A stretch of DNA of 64,000 nt, taken from Phycisphaerae bacterium. GTDB taxonomy: Bacteria > Planctomycetota > Phycisphaerae > Phycisphaerales > UBA1924. The translations under genes were made by a program, and so were the position numbers. The DNA lies in assembly GCA_016873295.1 (NCBI GenBank), contig VGXM01000006.1, positions 44,525-108,524 on the forward strand. The letters are read 5' to 3'. Below the pieces are notes generated by a model. The model was not told the DNA's origin, made no database searches, and saw only the letters and a list, made by a program, of their open reading frames with translations. This document shows positions 26,231 through 36,908 of this stretch, piece after piece. Every line of letters starts with the position of its first letter. Positions within the stretch are counted from its first letter, which is position 1.

Positions 26231-27109
26231 TCAACGCCCGCGGGCAATCCCGTGCAGCGCGATCCCCGCGGCGACCACGACGTTGAGCGAATCGACGCCG
26301 GGCGTCATGGCGATCCGCGCGCGAAGGGCGCAGGCCGCCAGCGCACCCTCGCTCAGCCCCGGGCCCTCCGATCCCAGCACCAGCGCCCAGCGCCGTCCCG
26401 GCGCGATGTGGACCTCGCCCAGGTCCACCCCGCCCGCGGGGGACAGGGCCAGCGTGTCGAACCCGGCGTCGGCGAGCAGCGACAGCGACCCGGGCCAGGG
26501 GTCCAGCGTCGCGAACGGCACACGCAGCGCGTGCCCGATCGACACCCGCACCGCCTTGCGGTACAGCGGGTCGCAGCAGCCGGGGGAGAGAAGCACCGGG
26601 GTGCCGGGCGGCGCCAGCGCGGCGACGCATCGGAAGACGCCGCCGACGTTGTCGTGGTTGGTCAGATCTTCGAGAACGACCGCCCCGGGAGCGTCGCGGA
26701 GGAGCGTGTCGGCGGACGCCGGCGGCAGCCGCCAACCCAGCGCCAGCACCCCCCGGTGCACGTGGAACCCGACGATCGAGTCGAGCACCGCCTGCGGCGC
26801 GACGTACACGGGCGTGCCCGGCGGGAGCGAATCGAGCCCGCCACGCAGGGCGCCGACGCGGGCCTCGGCGACCAGCACAGAGTGCACCGGGAACCGCGAG
26901 CGGAGCAGTTCGAGGACGACCAGGGCCCCCTCGGCCACGAACAGGTCGGCGCGGTCGGGCGCGTGGGCCTGAGCCCTGAGGTCGCGGTCCTTGAGGTTGG
27001 CGAACCCGGCCAGGGCCGCGCGGTGGTCGGGGTCGTCCAGGGAGGCGACGCGGATGAGGCGCACGGGGGAGGGTACTCGGCCCCGGACCGAGGCACGATC
27101 CGGGAACAC
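26231..27109 (-). CDS. TrmH/SpoU-family RNA 2'-O-methyltransferase
   Basis: SPOUT motifs are present: LEDLTNHDNVGGVFRCVAALA, LVLGSEGPGLS and VDSLNVVVAAGIALH. The start may be the GTG at 27064 (VRLIRVASLDDP) rather than 27109. Confidence 0.85.
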   Translation of the reverse strand: MFPDRASVRGRVPSPVRLIRVASLDDPDHRAALAGFANLKDRDLRAQAHAPDRADLFVAEGALVVLELLRSRFPVHSVLVAEARVGALRGGLDSLPPGTPVYVAPQAVLDSIVGFHVHRGVLALGWRLPPASADTLLRDAPGAVVLEDLTNHDNVGGVFRCVAALAPPGTPVLLSPGCCDPLYRKAVRVSIGHALRVPFATLDPWPGSLSLLADAGFDTLALSPAGGVDLGEVHIAPGRRWALVLGSEGPGLSEGALAACALRARIAMTPGVDSLNVVVAAGIALHGIARGR

Positions 27110-27180
27110 ACGCGGTGGGGCGCGGCGACCCTACGCTCGCGCGTCGGGCTCGTCGGGAGGCACGCAAGCGGAGGTCGGGC

Positions 27181-28059
27181 ATGGAATGGTGGCAGGCGGT
27201 GGTTCTGGGGATCGTCGAGGGCGTCACCGAGTACCTGCCCATCAGCTCGACCGGGCACCTCGTGATCACCGCCGACCTGCTCGGGCTCAAGACGCCGGAG
27301 AAGCAGGCCGCGGTCGACGCCTTCAGCATCGCCGTGCAGGGCGGCGCCATCCTCGCGGTGCTCACGCTCTACTGGGGGCGTGTGCGGCACATGGTCCGCG
27401 GCGTGTTCGGGAAGGACGCCACGGGGCTCCGCCTCCTCGTCAATCTCTTCCTCGCCTTCCTCCCAGCGGCCATCATCGGGCTGGCGGTGCACGGGTGGGT
27501 CGAGGCCCACCTGATGGCCACCGGGCCCGTGGCCCTGGCCCTGGTGGTGGGCGGCGCGTACATGATGGGCATCGACCAGCTCCGGCAGGGGCGGTTCGGG
27601 CTGCCGCCCGCCGACGCGCGCGGCAAGGGCATCGACGACCTCACGCCCCTCAACGCCCTGACGATCGGGCTCCTCCAGTGCATCGCCATGTGGCCCGGCA
27701 CCAGCCGCAGCATGATGACGATCACGGGGGGCATGCTCGTGGGGCTCAGGCCCCGGGCGGCGGCGGAGTTCAGCTTCCTGCTCGGGCTGCCCACGCTGGG
27801 GGCCGCGGCGGCCTACGCGGTCGCCAAGAACCTCTACCGCGCCCTGGCCAACGACGAACCCAGCATGTTCGAGGTGCTGGGCGCGCCCAACATCATCATC
27901 GGGCTGGCGGTCGCGACCCTCTCGGCGGCCCTGGCCGTCCGATGGCTCGTCGCGTTCCTCAACCGCCACGGATTGTCGGCGTTCGGATGGTACCGCCTGG
28001 CCCTGGCGGCCCTGCTCGTCGTGCTCAGCATCGGCGGGTTCGTGAAGGTGGCGGGGTAA
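27181..28059 (+). CDS. uppP: undecaprenyl-diphosphatase UppP (BacA)
   Basis: MEWWQAVVLGIVEGVTEYLPISSTGHLVI...FSFLLGLPTLGAAAAY is an 8-TM BacA. The ATG at 27181 has a ggagg RBS. The upstream extension of ORF 27115..28059 is rejected. Confidence 0.9.
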   Translation: MEWWQAVVLGIVEGVTEYLPISSTGHLVITADLLGLKTPEKQAAVDAFSIAVQGGAILAVLTLYWGRVRHMVRGVFGKDATGLRLLVNLFLAFLPAAIIGLAVHGWVEAHLMATGPVALALVVGGAYMMGIDQLRQGRFGLPPADARGKGIDDLTPLNALTIGLLQCIAMWPGTSRSMMTITGGMLVGLRPRAAAEFSFLLGLPTLGAAAAYAVAKNLYRALANDEPSMFEVLGAPNIIIGLAVATLSAALAVRWLVAFLNRHGLSAFGWYRLALAALLVVLSIGGFVKVAG

Positions 28060-28349
28060 CGGCGAATGCCGCGAGATCCCGAGGCGCCGACGAGCGACGC
28101 GTCTCGACCCGCCGACTCTTCGGAGCCTCCTTCAGCGTTCCGGCGCCGTCAGGCGCGGGGCCCATCCGGGCGGAGCCCGCGGATCCGCGGGACGCCCTCG
28201 CCGACGATGATCAACCGCCGCTCCACCGCCGAACGCTTCTCGAAGTTGGCGGCGGGCCCGGCGTAGTCCACGCCGCGCGTCATCGACGCGACGCCCCGGG
28301 CGGGGCGGTCGGGCCTAAGAGGCGTCGGCCGAGGGTAGTGGCGCGAGTC

Positions 28350-28717
28350 GGAAGTCCGTGGACGGATGCGCTCCGGGTGCCACGGGTCATCGGGCGCTTC
28401 GCCCGATGACCCGTGCGGCTGTCCGAGGCCCGTCCGGACGCCGGCACGCGCGACCGCCGGGCGGATCGCCCGTGGCACCCGCGGCGTCCGCCGGCGCCTT
28501 GGTGCACGTTCTTCCGACTCGCGCCACGAGTGGTGTGTGTCGGAAGTCCGTGGACGGATGCGCTCCGGGTGCCACGGGTCATCGGGCGCTTCGCCCGATG
28601 ACCCGTGCCGCCGTTCGACGCCCGTCCGGACGCCGGCACGGGCGAGCCGCCGGGCGGCTCGCCCGTGGCACCCGCGGCGTCCGCCGGCGCCTTGGTGCAC
28701 GTTCTTCCGACTCGCGC

Positions 28718-28718
<1 letters not shown>
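28350..28718 (-). repeat. two tandem copies (B1 28350-28527, B2 28542-28718) of the REP/MITE-like element, reverse-complemented on the plus strand, directly downstream of asnS
   Basis: This is the reverse complement of the 25834-26201 unit: ggaagtccgtggacgg...cacgggtcatcgggcgcttcgcccgatgacccgtg...cgggcggatcgcccgtggcacc...ggtgcacgttcttccgactcgcgcc. The last base of B2 is the first base of the asnS stop codon (cta at 28718-28720). Confidence 0.85.
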
Positions 28719-30223
<1,505 letters not shown>

Positions 30224-30272
30224 CGCGCACCTCCTGGGAGGGTCGATGGTAAGGGGCCTGGCGGTGTGTGTC

Positions 30273-30493
30273 GGAAGTCCGTGGACGGATGCGCCCCGGG
30301 TGCCACGGGTCATCGGGCGCTTCGCCCGTGACCCGTGCGTCCCGGGTGCCACGGGTCATCGGGCGCTTCGCCCGTGACCCGTGCGGGTCGGGTGTCGGGA
30401 TCAGGGCGGCACGGGCGACCGCCGGGCGGATCGCCCGTGGCACCCGCAGCGCCCGCCGGCGCCCTTGCGCACGCTCTTCCGACTCACGCCACT
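30273..30493 (-). repeat. one copy (C) of the REP/MITE-like element with an internally duplicated hairpin arm, between the asnS start and the DUF1559 gene stop
   Basis: ggaagtccgtggacggatgcgccccgggtgccacgggtcatcgggcgcttcgcccgtgacccgtgcg is followed by a second copy of the cccgggtgccacgggtcatcgggcgcttcgcccgtgacccgtgcg arm, then ...cgggcggatcgcccgtggcacc...cttccgactcacgccac. It ends at the stop codon of the 30492..31403 gene (cta at 30492-30494). Confidence 0.8.
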
Positions 30494-31403
30494 ATCGCGG
30501 GTTGTTCATCCACCCATAGGGCTGGGACAGCGAGAACCGCCACTGCCGGTCCGAGACCCCGTACCAGGTCCCGCCGCCGAGGTTGGCGTACAGGTCGTTG
30601 GCCTCGAAGTCCGCGGCGGGGTTGCGGACCGGCTCGTTCCTGTCCGCCGGCGCCTTGAAGAGCATCGAGGACCCGTCGAGGAACACCACGTGCCCGCCCC
30701 GGGCGTGCCGCTGCGTCACCTGGTCTTCGTTCCCGAACATCCCGTCCCGGTAGAGCTGGTTCCAGATGTACGTGCTCTCCTCGAAGAAGAGCGGGATGGC
30801 GTGCAGCGTCACCGAACCGGCCGGCAGCGCGGTCAGCGCGGGGCCGCCGTTGAACGCCGTCGGCGGGATGTACGCCACCCGCGTCTGGGCCCCAAGCAGC
30901 AGGCCCTCGGTCTCGTCAAAGAAGGTGTAGTCGAACTCGACCCCCCTCCGGCTCGACCAGATGCTCGTGTATTCGACCCCGTCGGCCCGCTGGCGCTTGT
31001 TCGTCGGGCACTCCGCGATGTAGTGGGCGTTCTCGACGTACCGGAACAGGAACCCCGGCAGCCGCTGCCCGTTCTCGACGATCTGGGCCCACATCGCCAC
31101 GTCCGTCGGGGGCGGGGCCCCGGGCGGCGGGTTGGTCTCCGGCTGCCAGTACCGCGTCCCGTCGGGCCAGCGCGTGCGGTGCGTCACGGGCCAGATCCGG
31201 TCCTTGTAGTCCGCCGCGTACTGGGTCGCCGCCAGCCCGAACTGCCTGACGTTCGACAGGCACCGGACCTGCCGCCCGGCCTCCCGGGCCCGGCCCAGGG
31301 CCGGCAGCAGGATCCCGATGAGCAGCGCGATCACCGCGATCACCACCAGCAGCTCGATGAGCGTGAAGCCGCGGGGCGGAACCTGGGGGGCGCGTGCCTT
31401 CAT
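30492..31403 (-). CDS. prepilin-type N-terminal cleavage/methylation domain protein (DUF1559 family, Planctomycete-type)
   Basis: [63 protein letters not shown] has a class III signal/pilin-like N-terminus. The C-terminal segment [12 protein letters not shown] is typical of DUF1559. The ATG is at complement 31401-31403. Confidence 0.85.
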   Translation of the reverse strand: MKARAPQVPPRGFTLIELLVVIAVIALLIGILLPALGRAREAGRQVRCLSNVRQFGLAATQYAADYKDRIWPVTHRTRWPDGTRYWQPETNPPPGAPPPTDVAMWAQIVENGQRLPGFLFRYVENAHYIAECPTNKRQRADGVEYTSIWSSRRGVEFDYTFFDETEGLLLGAQTRVAYIPPTAFNGGPALTALPAGSVTLHAIPLFFEESTYIWNQLYRDGMFGNEDQVTQRHARGGHVVFLDGSSMLFKAPADRNEPVRNPAADFEANDLYANLGGGTWYGVSDRQWRFSLSQPYGWMNNPR

Positions 31404-31594
31404 CGTCGATCCCCGGGGGGGCTGCCCCGGACGTCCCTTCCCTGTAGGATACCGCCGAATGCCAGCCGATCGATGCCCGCCAACCCGGAAAGGGGGGCGA
31501 ATGCAACTGGGACTCCGTAGTCTCGAATGAGTGATCGGACGGACCGTCAACCGGGCCCGCGCCGCGGCGGGCTCACCGCATGGAGAGATAGGCC

Positions 31595-33244
31595 ATGTCC
31601 ATCGTGGTGCTCATTGTCGGGGTTGCCATCGCGCTCCTCCTTCTGGCGTCGATCCCCAGGGCCCCGGACCCGCGCCTGCGGGGGGCGGCCGCGCTGGGCG
31701 CCGCCCTCGTCCTCGTCACCTCCATCGCCCTCTCCTCCATCCGCTACGTCAGCCCCGAGGAGGTGGGCATCGTCGCCAAGAACGCCCTGGGGCCCAGCCT
31801 CAAGGAAGGGCGGATCATCGCGACCGCCGGCGAGATGGGCATCCAGGCCGACGTGCTCGCGCCCGGGTGGCACTTCTGGTACTGGCCCGTGATCTACGAC
31901 GTGCGCACGGTCCCGCTGGTCGAGGTCAAGGCCGACGAGATCGGGATCCTCGAGGCCCGCGACGGCCTGCCCCTCCCCGAAGGACAGGTCTTCGCCGAGC
32001 CCTGGGACGACGCCGCCACGCGCGACATGCTCGACGCACGCCACTTCCTCACCACGGGCAAGGGCCAGAAGGGCGCCCAGGCGACCGTGCTCACCGCGGG
32101 CAAGTACCGCATCAACACCGAGCTGTTCAAGGTCGCCAACGTCAAGGTCACCGAGATCCTGCCGGGCGAGGTCGGCGTCCTCAAGGCCAACTTCGGCACC
32201 CCGCCGACCCTGTTCGTCGTCGGGGTCGCCCACGAGCACGCCCCAGGCCGGGCCGAGCCCTCGGAGCCCGACGCCTCCGACCGCCGCCTCCGGCTCGCCA
32301 GGCCCGGCGAGATGGGGGTGCGCGCCGACGTGCTCCAGCCCGGCAAGTACCCCGTCAACACCAACGCCTTCAAGGTCGTCGAGGTCTGGACCACCCAGAT
32401 GATCGCCCACTACACCCAGGACTCCGCCGCCAACCCCACCTCCACCGGCGCCGGCATGCAGGAGGAACGCGAGATCGTGGTCCGCACCAGCGACGGCTTC
32501 ACCTTCCCCGTCGACGTGCGCATCGAGTACCACGTCAAGCCCGAGAACGCGCCCATCGTCGTCGCCAGGCTGGGCGACGACGAGGGCGAGCGCTTCCGCA
32601 ACCAGCTCAACTCCGCCGTCCGCGCCACCTTCCGAAACGCCGCCGAGGGCGTCAAGGCCCTCGACTACGTCCAGCAGCGCTCCCAGCAGGAGCAACTCGC
32701 CGTCCGCCAACTCGCCCAGGACATGGCGCCCTTCGGCGTGACCGTCACCGCCGTCCGCATCGGCAACGTGGGCGACGAGAAGACGCTGGGCGCCCTGCTC
32801 AAGACCCAGACCGACCGCGAGATCGCCAAGCAGGAGCAGATCACCTTCCAGGAGCAGCAGCGGGCCGCCGAGCAGAAGAAGGAACTGACGCGCGTCACGC
32901 AGGAGGCCGAGGAGGAGAAGCGCCTCGCCACCGCCGCCTACGCCGTCAAGATCGCCGACGAGGAGAAGCGCCGCAGGATCATCGACGCCGGCGCCGAGGC
33001 CGAGGCCATCACCATCCGCGCCAAGGCCCAGAGCGACGCCTACCGCCTCATCGCCGACCAGATCGGAAAGGGCAACGCCGCCCTCGTCGAACTCCTCAAG
33101 ATCGTCGGCGAACGCAACATCCAGATCACCCCCCGCGTCATGATCACCGGCGCCGCCCAGCCCGGCGGCGAAACCACCGCCCTCATCGGCACCATGCTCG
33201 ACACCATGATCTCCCGCGAGGAGGAAAAGCCCGCCCCGCGCTGA
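31595..33244 (+). CDS. flotillin-like SPFH/band-7 family membrane protein
   Basis: An N-terminal TM segment is followed by an SPFH domain and a long EA-rich coiled coil ([35 protein letters not shown]...). A ggagag RBS precedes the ATG. Confidence 0.85.
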   Translation: MSIVVLIVGVAIALLLLASIPRAPDPRLRGAAALGAALVLVTSIALSSIRYVSPEEVGIVAKNALGPSLKEGRIIATAGEMGIQADVLAPGWHFWYWPVIYDVRTVPLVEVKADEIGILEARDGLPLPEGQVFAEPWDDAATRDMLDARHFLTTGKGQKGAQATVLTAGKYRINTELFKVANVKVTEILPGEVGVLKANFGTPPTLFVVGVAHEHAPGRAEPSEPDASDRRLRLARPGEMGVRADVLQPGKYPVNTNAFKVVEVWTTQMIAHYTQDSAANPTSTGAGMQEEREIVVRTSDGFTFPVDVRIEYHVKPENAPIVVARLGDDEGERFRNQLNSAVRATFRNAAEGVKALDYVQQRSQQEQLAVRQLAQDMAPFGVTVTAVRIGNVGDEKTLGALLKTQTDREIAKQEQITFQEQQRAAEQKKELTRVTQEAEEEKRLATAAYAVKIADEEKRRRIIDAGAEAEAITIRAKAQSDAYRLIADQIGKGNAALVELLKIVGERNIQITPRVMITGAAQPGGETTALIGTMLDTMISREEEKPAPR

Positions 33245-33457
33245 GCCGCGCACCCCTTCAGGGGGGGCACGGAGGGGTTGGCGATCAACACCGCCCCCCT
33301 CAAGGCACGCCAGTTCCACCCCCTCCCGAGCCGACGGCGCCAGCCGTCGGTCGGGCGCGCGGGGCGCCACGCTCCGACCGCCGGCGCGGTCGGGCCCGAA
33401 TGCAGCGGAGACCGCGCCCCCCGGCGCGTAGGCTTGCGCCCCGAGGAGGCCCGCGCG

Positions 33458-33829
33458 ATGTTCGACAACCTCAAGGCCATGGGCGCCGTCGCCGGGCTGC
33501 TCAGGAACCAGGACAAGCTCAAGGCCTCCGCCGAGCGCGTGCGGGCACGCCTGGCCCAGGCCCGCGTCGAGGGCCAGTCCGGCGGCGGGGCCGTCCACGC
33601 CACCGTCGACGGGCAACTCAAGGTGGTCTCGATCGTCCTCTCGCCCGCGCTGGCGGCGGGGCTCGCCGACGCGCCCTCGCGCGAGCGGGCCGGGGCCCTG
33701 GTTGCCCAGGCCGTCAACTCCGCCACCGAGCGCGCGCGGCTGCTCATCGCCCAGGAGGTCTCGCGCGAGGCCGACGAGCTCGGACTCCCCCCCGAGATGC
33801 TCCAGGGCCTGCGGGGGCTCATGCCGTGA
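33458..33829 (+). CDS. ybaB: YbaB/EbfC-family nucleoid-associated protein
   Basis: MFDNLKAMGAVAGLLRNQDKLKASAERVRARLAQARVEGQSGGGAVHATVDGQLKVVSIVLSPAL. A gaggagg RBS lies 8 nt upstream of the ATG at 33458. Confidence 0.85.
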   Translation: MFDNLKAMGAVAGLLRNQDKLKASAERVRARLAQARVEGQSGGGAVHATVDGQLKVVSIVLSPALAAGLADAPSRERAGALVAQAVNSATERARLLIAQEVSREADELGLPPEMLQGLRGLMP

Positions 33830-34590
33830 GCGCCCGGCCCCGGGCGGCGGTCTGGCCCCTCCGCGGCGGGCCGCCGACGATCACGCTCGATCGCTCCATC
33901 GCGCCCATCGACGACCCCGCCGTCGAGGCCGAGTGGGCGAACCTGTGCGCCCGGAACCCGCGCCTGTACGACGGGCCCATCCTCTCCGTCCACGAGTGGG
34001 ACGAGCGGGCCCGCCGCGTCCGCTGCCGCGTGCTGGGGTACCGGCACCTGGCGGTGCGCGAACGCGTCCCCAACCCCGCGGAACTGCTCTCGATCCTGGG
34101 CGTCACCCTGTGCGCCGATGGCGACGGGCGCGAGCACGTGCTGCTGGGTCGCAGGGGCGCGGGCGTGCGCATCTATGAGGGGATGTGGGAGCTGGCCCCG
34201 GCGGGCGGGATCGAGGTGCCGCCCGAGGGCGTCGACGCCATCACCCACGCCTCCCTGCTGGACCAGCTGGCGCAGGAGTTCCGCGAGGAGGTCTCGCCCA
34301 TGCTCGCGCCCGACGCCGCCCGCGCGGGCGAGGCGGCGGCGCGGGACGCCCCGATCGTCGCCCTCGTGCGCGACCCGCTCGCGTTCAGCCTGGACATGGC
34401 GGCGGTGATCCGGCTCCCGGTCGGGCTCGAGAACGCCGCCCCCGTGCGCACCGCTGCGCCCGGCGCCTGGGAGTACAGCGAGGTGCGCTGGATCCCGCGG
34501 GAGGAGGTCGCGGCCTTCGAGGCGCGGGAGCCCGTGATCCCCGCGACGCGCTCGCTCTTGCGGGTGCTGGGGTGGGTTCCGATCGCGTAG
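33826..34590 (+). CDS. NUDIX-family hydrolase (putative)
   Basis: The GTG start overlaps the ybaB stop (gtga). LYDGPILSVHEWDE...HVLLGRRGAGVRIYEGMWELAPAGGIEVPPEGVDAITHASLLDQLAQEFREEV resembles a NUDIX fold with a degenerate Nudix box. This is the real tail of the spurious 31531..34590 ORF. Confidence 0.55.
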   Translation: MSARPRAAVWPLRGGPPTITLDRSIAPIDDPAVEAEWANLCARNPRLYDGPILSVHEWDERARRVRCRVLGYRHLAVRERVPNPAELLSILGVTLCADGDGREHVLLGRRGAGVRIYEGMWELAPAGGIEVPPEGVDAITHASLLDQLAQEFREEVSPMLAPDAARAGEAAARDAPIVALVRDPLAFSLDMAAVIRLPVGLENAAPVRTAAPGAWEYSEVRWIPREEVAAFEAREPVIPATRSLLRVLGWVPIA

Positions 34591-34653
34591 GCGCGGCGCA
34601 CTGCGGGGGCGATCCCGGGGTTCGGCGCGGACTTCTCGTCCCGGGCGTTTCGA

Positions 34654-34974
34654 TCAGGCGGGGCGCCACCAGCCCGATTCCGTGTCCTTGGAGAGCGTGC
34701 CCGCCGCCTGGCGGATGCAGCGGGCGCAGATGCGGGCGTCGGGGTGGGCGGGGCTGGCCCAGTGGTTGTCCGGGCGCGCCTCGAGGCACATGGTGCAGCG
34801 GGCGCCGGCGTCTCCCTGAGCGGGGTTGACGACCGTGGCGTAGGCGGTAGTGAGGCACGGGCCGCAGATCAGGCTGCCCTGGTGCCCCTCGACCATGGGA
34901 CGATCGGTCGCCCAGTGGCGTCGGCAGAAGTCGCAGACGAAGAACTCGTTGCCGGTCCTGGTCGGGTCGTGCAT
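34654..34974 (-). CDS. small protein with two tandem ClpX-type C4 zinc-finger motifs
   Basis: MHDPTRTGNEFFVCDFCRRHWATDRPMVEGHQGSLICGPCL...ARCTMCLEARPDNHWASPAHPDARICARCI has two C-x2-C...C-x2-C units resembling the ClpX N-terminal zinc-binding domain. The ATG is at complement 34972-34974. The stop of the downstream gene is 5 nt away. Confidence 0.55.
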   Translation of the reverse strand: MHDPTRTGNEFFVCDFCRRHWATDRPMVEGHQGSLICGPCLTTAYATVVNPAQGDAGARCTMCLEARPDNHWASPAHPDARICARCIRQAAGTLSKDTESGWWRPA

Positions 34975-34979
34975 GGGGG

Positions 34980-36908
34980 CTAAACGGGGGCGGGGCGGGC
35001 TCGGACGCTGACCGGCGGCGCCGCCGGCAGGAGCTGGTGGTGGGCGATGGTGCGGTAGACGGGGCAGCGGTCGAGGAGCTCGGCGTGCGACCCCTGGTCG
35101 ACGATGCGCCCCTGGTCGAGCACGACGATGCGGTCGGCGGACATGACGGTGCTGAGGCGGTGGGCGACGATGAGGCAGGTCCGCCCGTGGGCGAAGTCGG
35201 CGAGGGCGGCGGCGATGTGGGCCTCGGAGTCGGCGTCGATCATGCTCGTGGCCTCGTCGAGCAGGAGGATGGCCGGGTCGCGCAGGATCGCGCGGGCGAT
35301 CGCGACGCGCTGGCGCTGCCCGCCCGAGAGGGTCAGGCCCTGCTCGCCCACGGGCGAGTCGTAGGCGGCGGGGAGGGCGGCGATGAAGTCGTGGGCGTGG
35401 GCCTGGCGGGCGGCGCGCTCGACCTGGTCCTTCGAGGCGCCCCCCGAGCCGTAGGCGATGTTCCCCCGGATGGTGCCGGCGAAGAGGACCGTCTCCTGCG
35501 TCACCACGCCGATCTGGCGCCGGAGGGAGCGGATGTTGAAGTCGCGGATGTCCCGCCCGTCGACGAGGACGCGCCCGGCGTCGGGGTCGAAGAGGCGGGG
35601 GATGAGGCTCAGGAGCGTGGTCTTGCCCGAGCCGTTGGGCCCGACGAACGCGACGACCTCGCCCTGGCGGACCGAGACGGAGACGTCGCGGAGGGCGGGC
35701 GCGTGCGCGTTGGGGTAGGTGAAGGTGACGCCCTGCACCTGGATGGACTGGCGGTGTCGGGGCAGCCTGGGCAGGGCGCGGTCGTGCCCGGGCTCGGGCT
35801 GGAGGCTCACGACCTGGACGATGCGGTCGGCGGCGCCCGCCGAGGCCTGGATGTCGTTGAGGATGCCGGCCAGGGGCTTGAGGCTGGCGCCGGCGACGCC
35901 CAGGGCCCCCACGGCGAGGATGAAGTCGCCCTTGTCGAGCAGCCCGTCGAGGATGGGCTTGGCGACCAGGAGCACGAGCGTGCCCAGGGCCAGGAGCGTG
36001 AGCAGCTCGACCAGGGGGCTGGCCAGGGCCCGGGCGGTGCGGACGCGGAGCAGCTCGCGCATGACCTGCCTGTTCATGCGGTGGAAGCGGCCGGCCTCGT
36101 AGCGCTCGGTGGCATAGGCCTTGACGACGCGGAGCCCCTGGAGGGCCTCGGCGGCGGCGGTGAGCAGGCGGGCCTGGGACTCCAGGGCCGCCCGGCTGGC
36201 ACGCCGGATCCGCTTGCCCAGCTTGCGGATGACCACCGCGATGACCGGCCCGACGAGGAGCGCGATGAGCGTCACGCGCCACTCGATGACCAGGGCGGCG
36301 GCGAGCGCGGCGACGCCCTTGAGCGTCTGCGAGACGCCCTTGGAGAGCAGGGCGTTGAACCCGTTCTGGAGCTGGGACGTGTCGTTGACGACGCGGCTGA
36401 CGATGTCGGTGGCGCCCGTCGGCCCGCCCACCACGCTGCGGAGCGGCAGGCGGAGCACGCGGTGGAAGACCTCGCGCCGGACGGAGGTGATGGCGCGGGC
36501 CACGACCGTGAGCGAGAGGTAGGCGTGCAGGACGTTGGCGACGGCGCCGAAGGTCGCCAGGAGCGCCAGCCCGCCCATGACGACCACCATGGCGGTGTAC
36601 GGGCCTTCCGGAAGCGCGGCGAGGCGCTCGGGCGTGAGCACCGCGCCGACCACGGGCCAGCCGGTCGCGGGCCGCAGGAGCGCGGCGAGCCCGACGCGCT
36701 CGCCCAGGATCTGGCGGAGGACGGGCTCGACGGCGAGCAGGCCGGCGCCGAGGGACCCGGCGGAGAAGAGGGCGAAGCCGGCGGCACCGGCGAGCGTGCC
36801 CGGGTAGCGCGTCATGCGCCGCGCCAGCGACCAGAAGGGAGAGTATCGGCCCCGGCGCGGAGAGGAGGGACGGGGGGAAGGGGGCTGGGGCGCCGGGGGC
36901 TGGGTCAC
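34980..36908 (-). CDS. ABC transporter, fused permease and ATPase (MsbA/lipid-exporter-like)
   Basis: Six predicted TM helices are followed by Walker A GPNGSGKTTL, signature [14 protein letters not shown] and Walker B ILLLDEATS. The start coordinate follows the ORF track; my own base count near 36900 was off by one. Confidence 0.9.
   Translation of the reverse strand: MTQPPAPQPPSPRPSSPRRGRYSPFWSLARRMTRYPGTLAGAAGFALFSAGSLGAGLLAVEPVLRQILGERVGLAALLRPATGWPVVGAVLTPERLAALPEGPYTAMVVVMGGLALLATFGAVANVLHAYLSLTVVARAITSVRREVFHRVLRLPLRSVVGGPTGATDIVSRVVNDTSQLQNGFNALLSKGVSQTLKGVAALAAALVIEWRVTLIALLVGPVIAVVIRKLGKRIRRASRAALESQARLLTAAAEALQGLRVVKAYATERYEAGRFHRMNRQVMRELLRVRTARALASPLVELLTLLALGTLVLLVAKPILDGLLDKGDFILAVGALGVAGASLKPLAGILNDIQASAGAADRIVQVVSLQPEPGHDRALPRLPRHRQSIQVQGVTFTYPNAHAPALRDVSVSVRQGEVVAFVGPNGSGKTTLLSLIPRLFDPDAGRVLVDGRDIRDFNIRSLRRQIGVVTQETVLFAGTIRGNIAYGSGGASKDQVERAARQAHAHDFIAALPAAYDSPVGEQGLTLSGGQRQRVAIARAILRDPAILLLDEATSMIDADSEAHIAAALADFAHGRTCLIVAHRLSTVMSADRIVVLDQGRIVDQGSHAELLDRCPVYRTIAHHQLLPAAPPVSVRARPAPV

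Noticed and set aside
31531-34590. 1019-aa plus ORF spanning flotillin, ybaB and the NUDIX gene
   Set aside because: Only its last 254 codons (the NUDIX-like gene) are protein-like. The rest is antisense or out-of-frame relative to the flotillin and ybaB genes.
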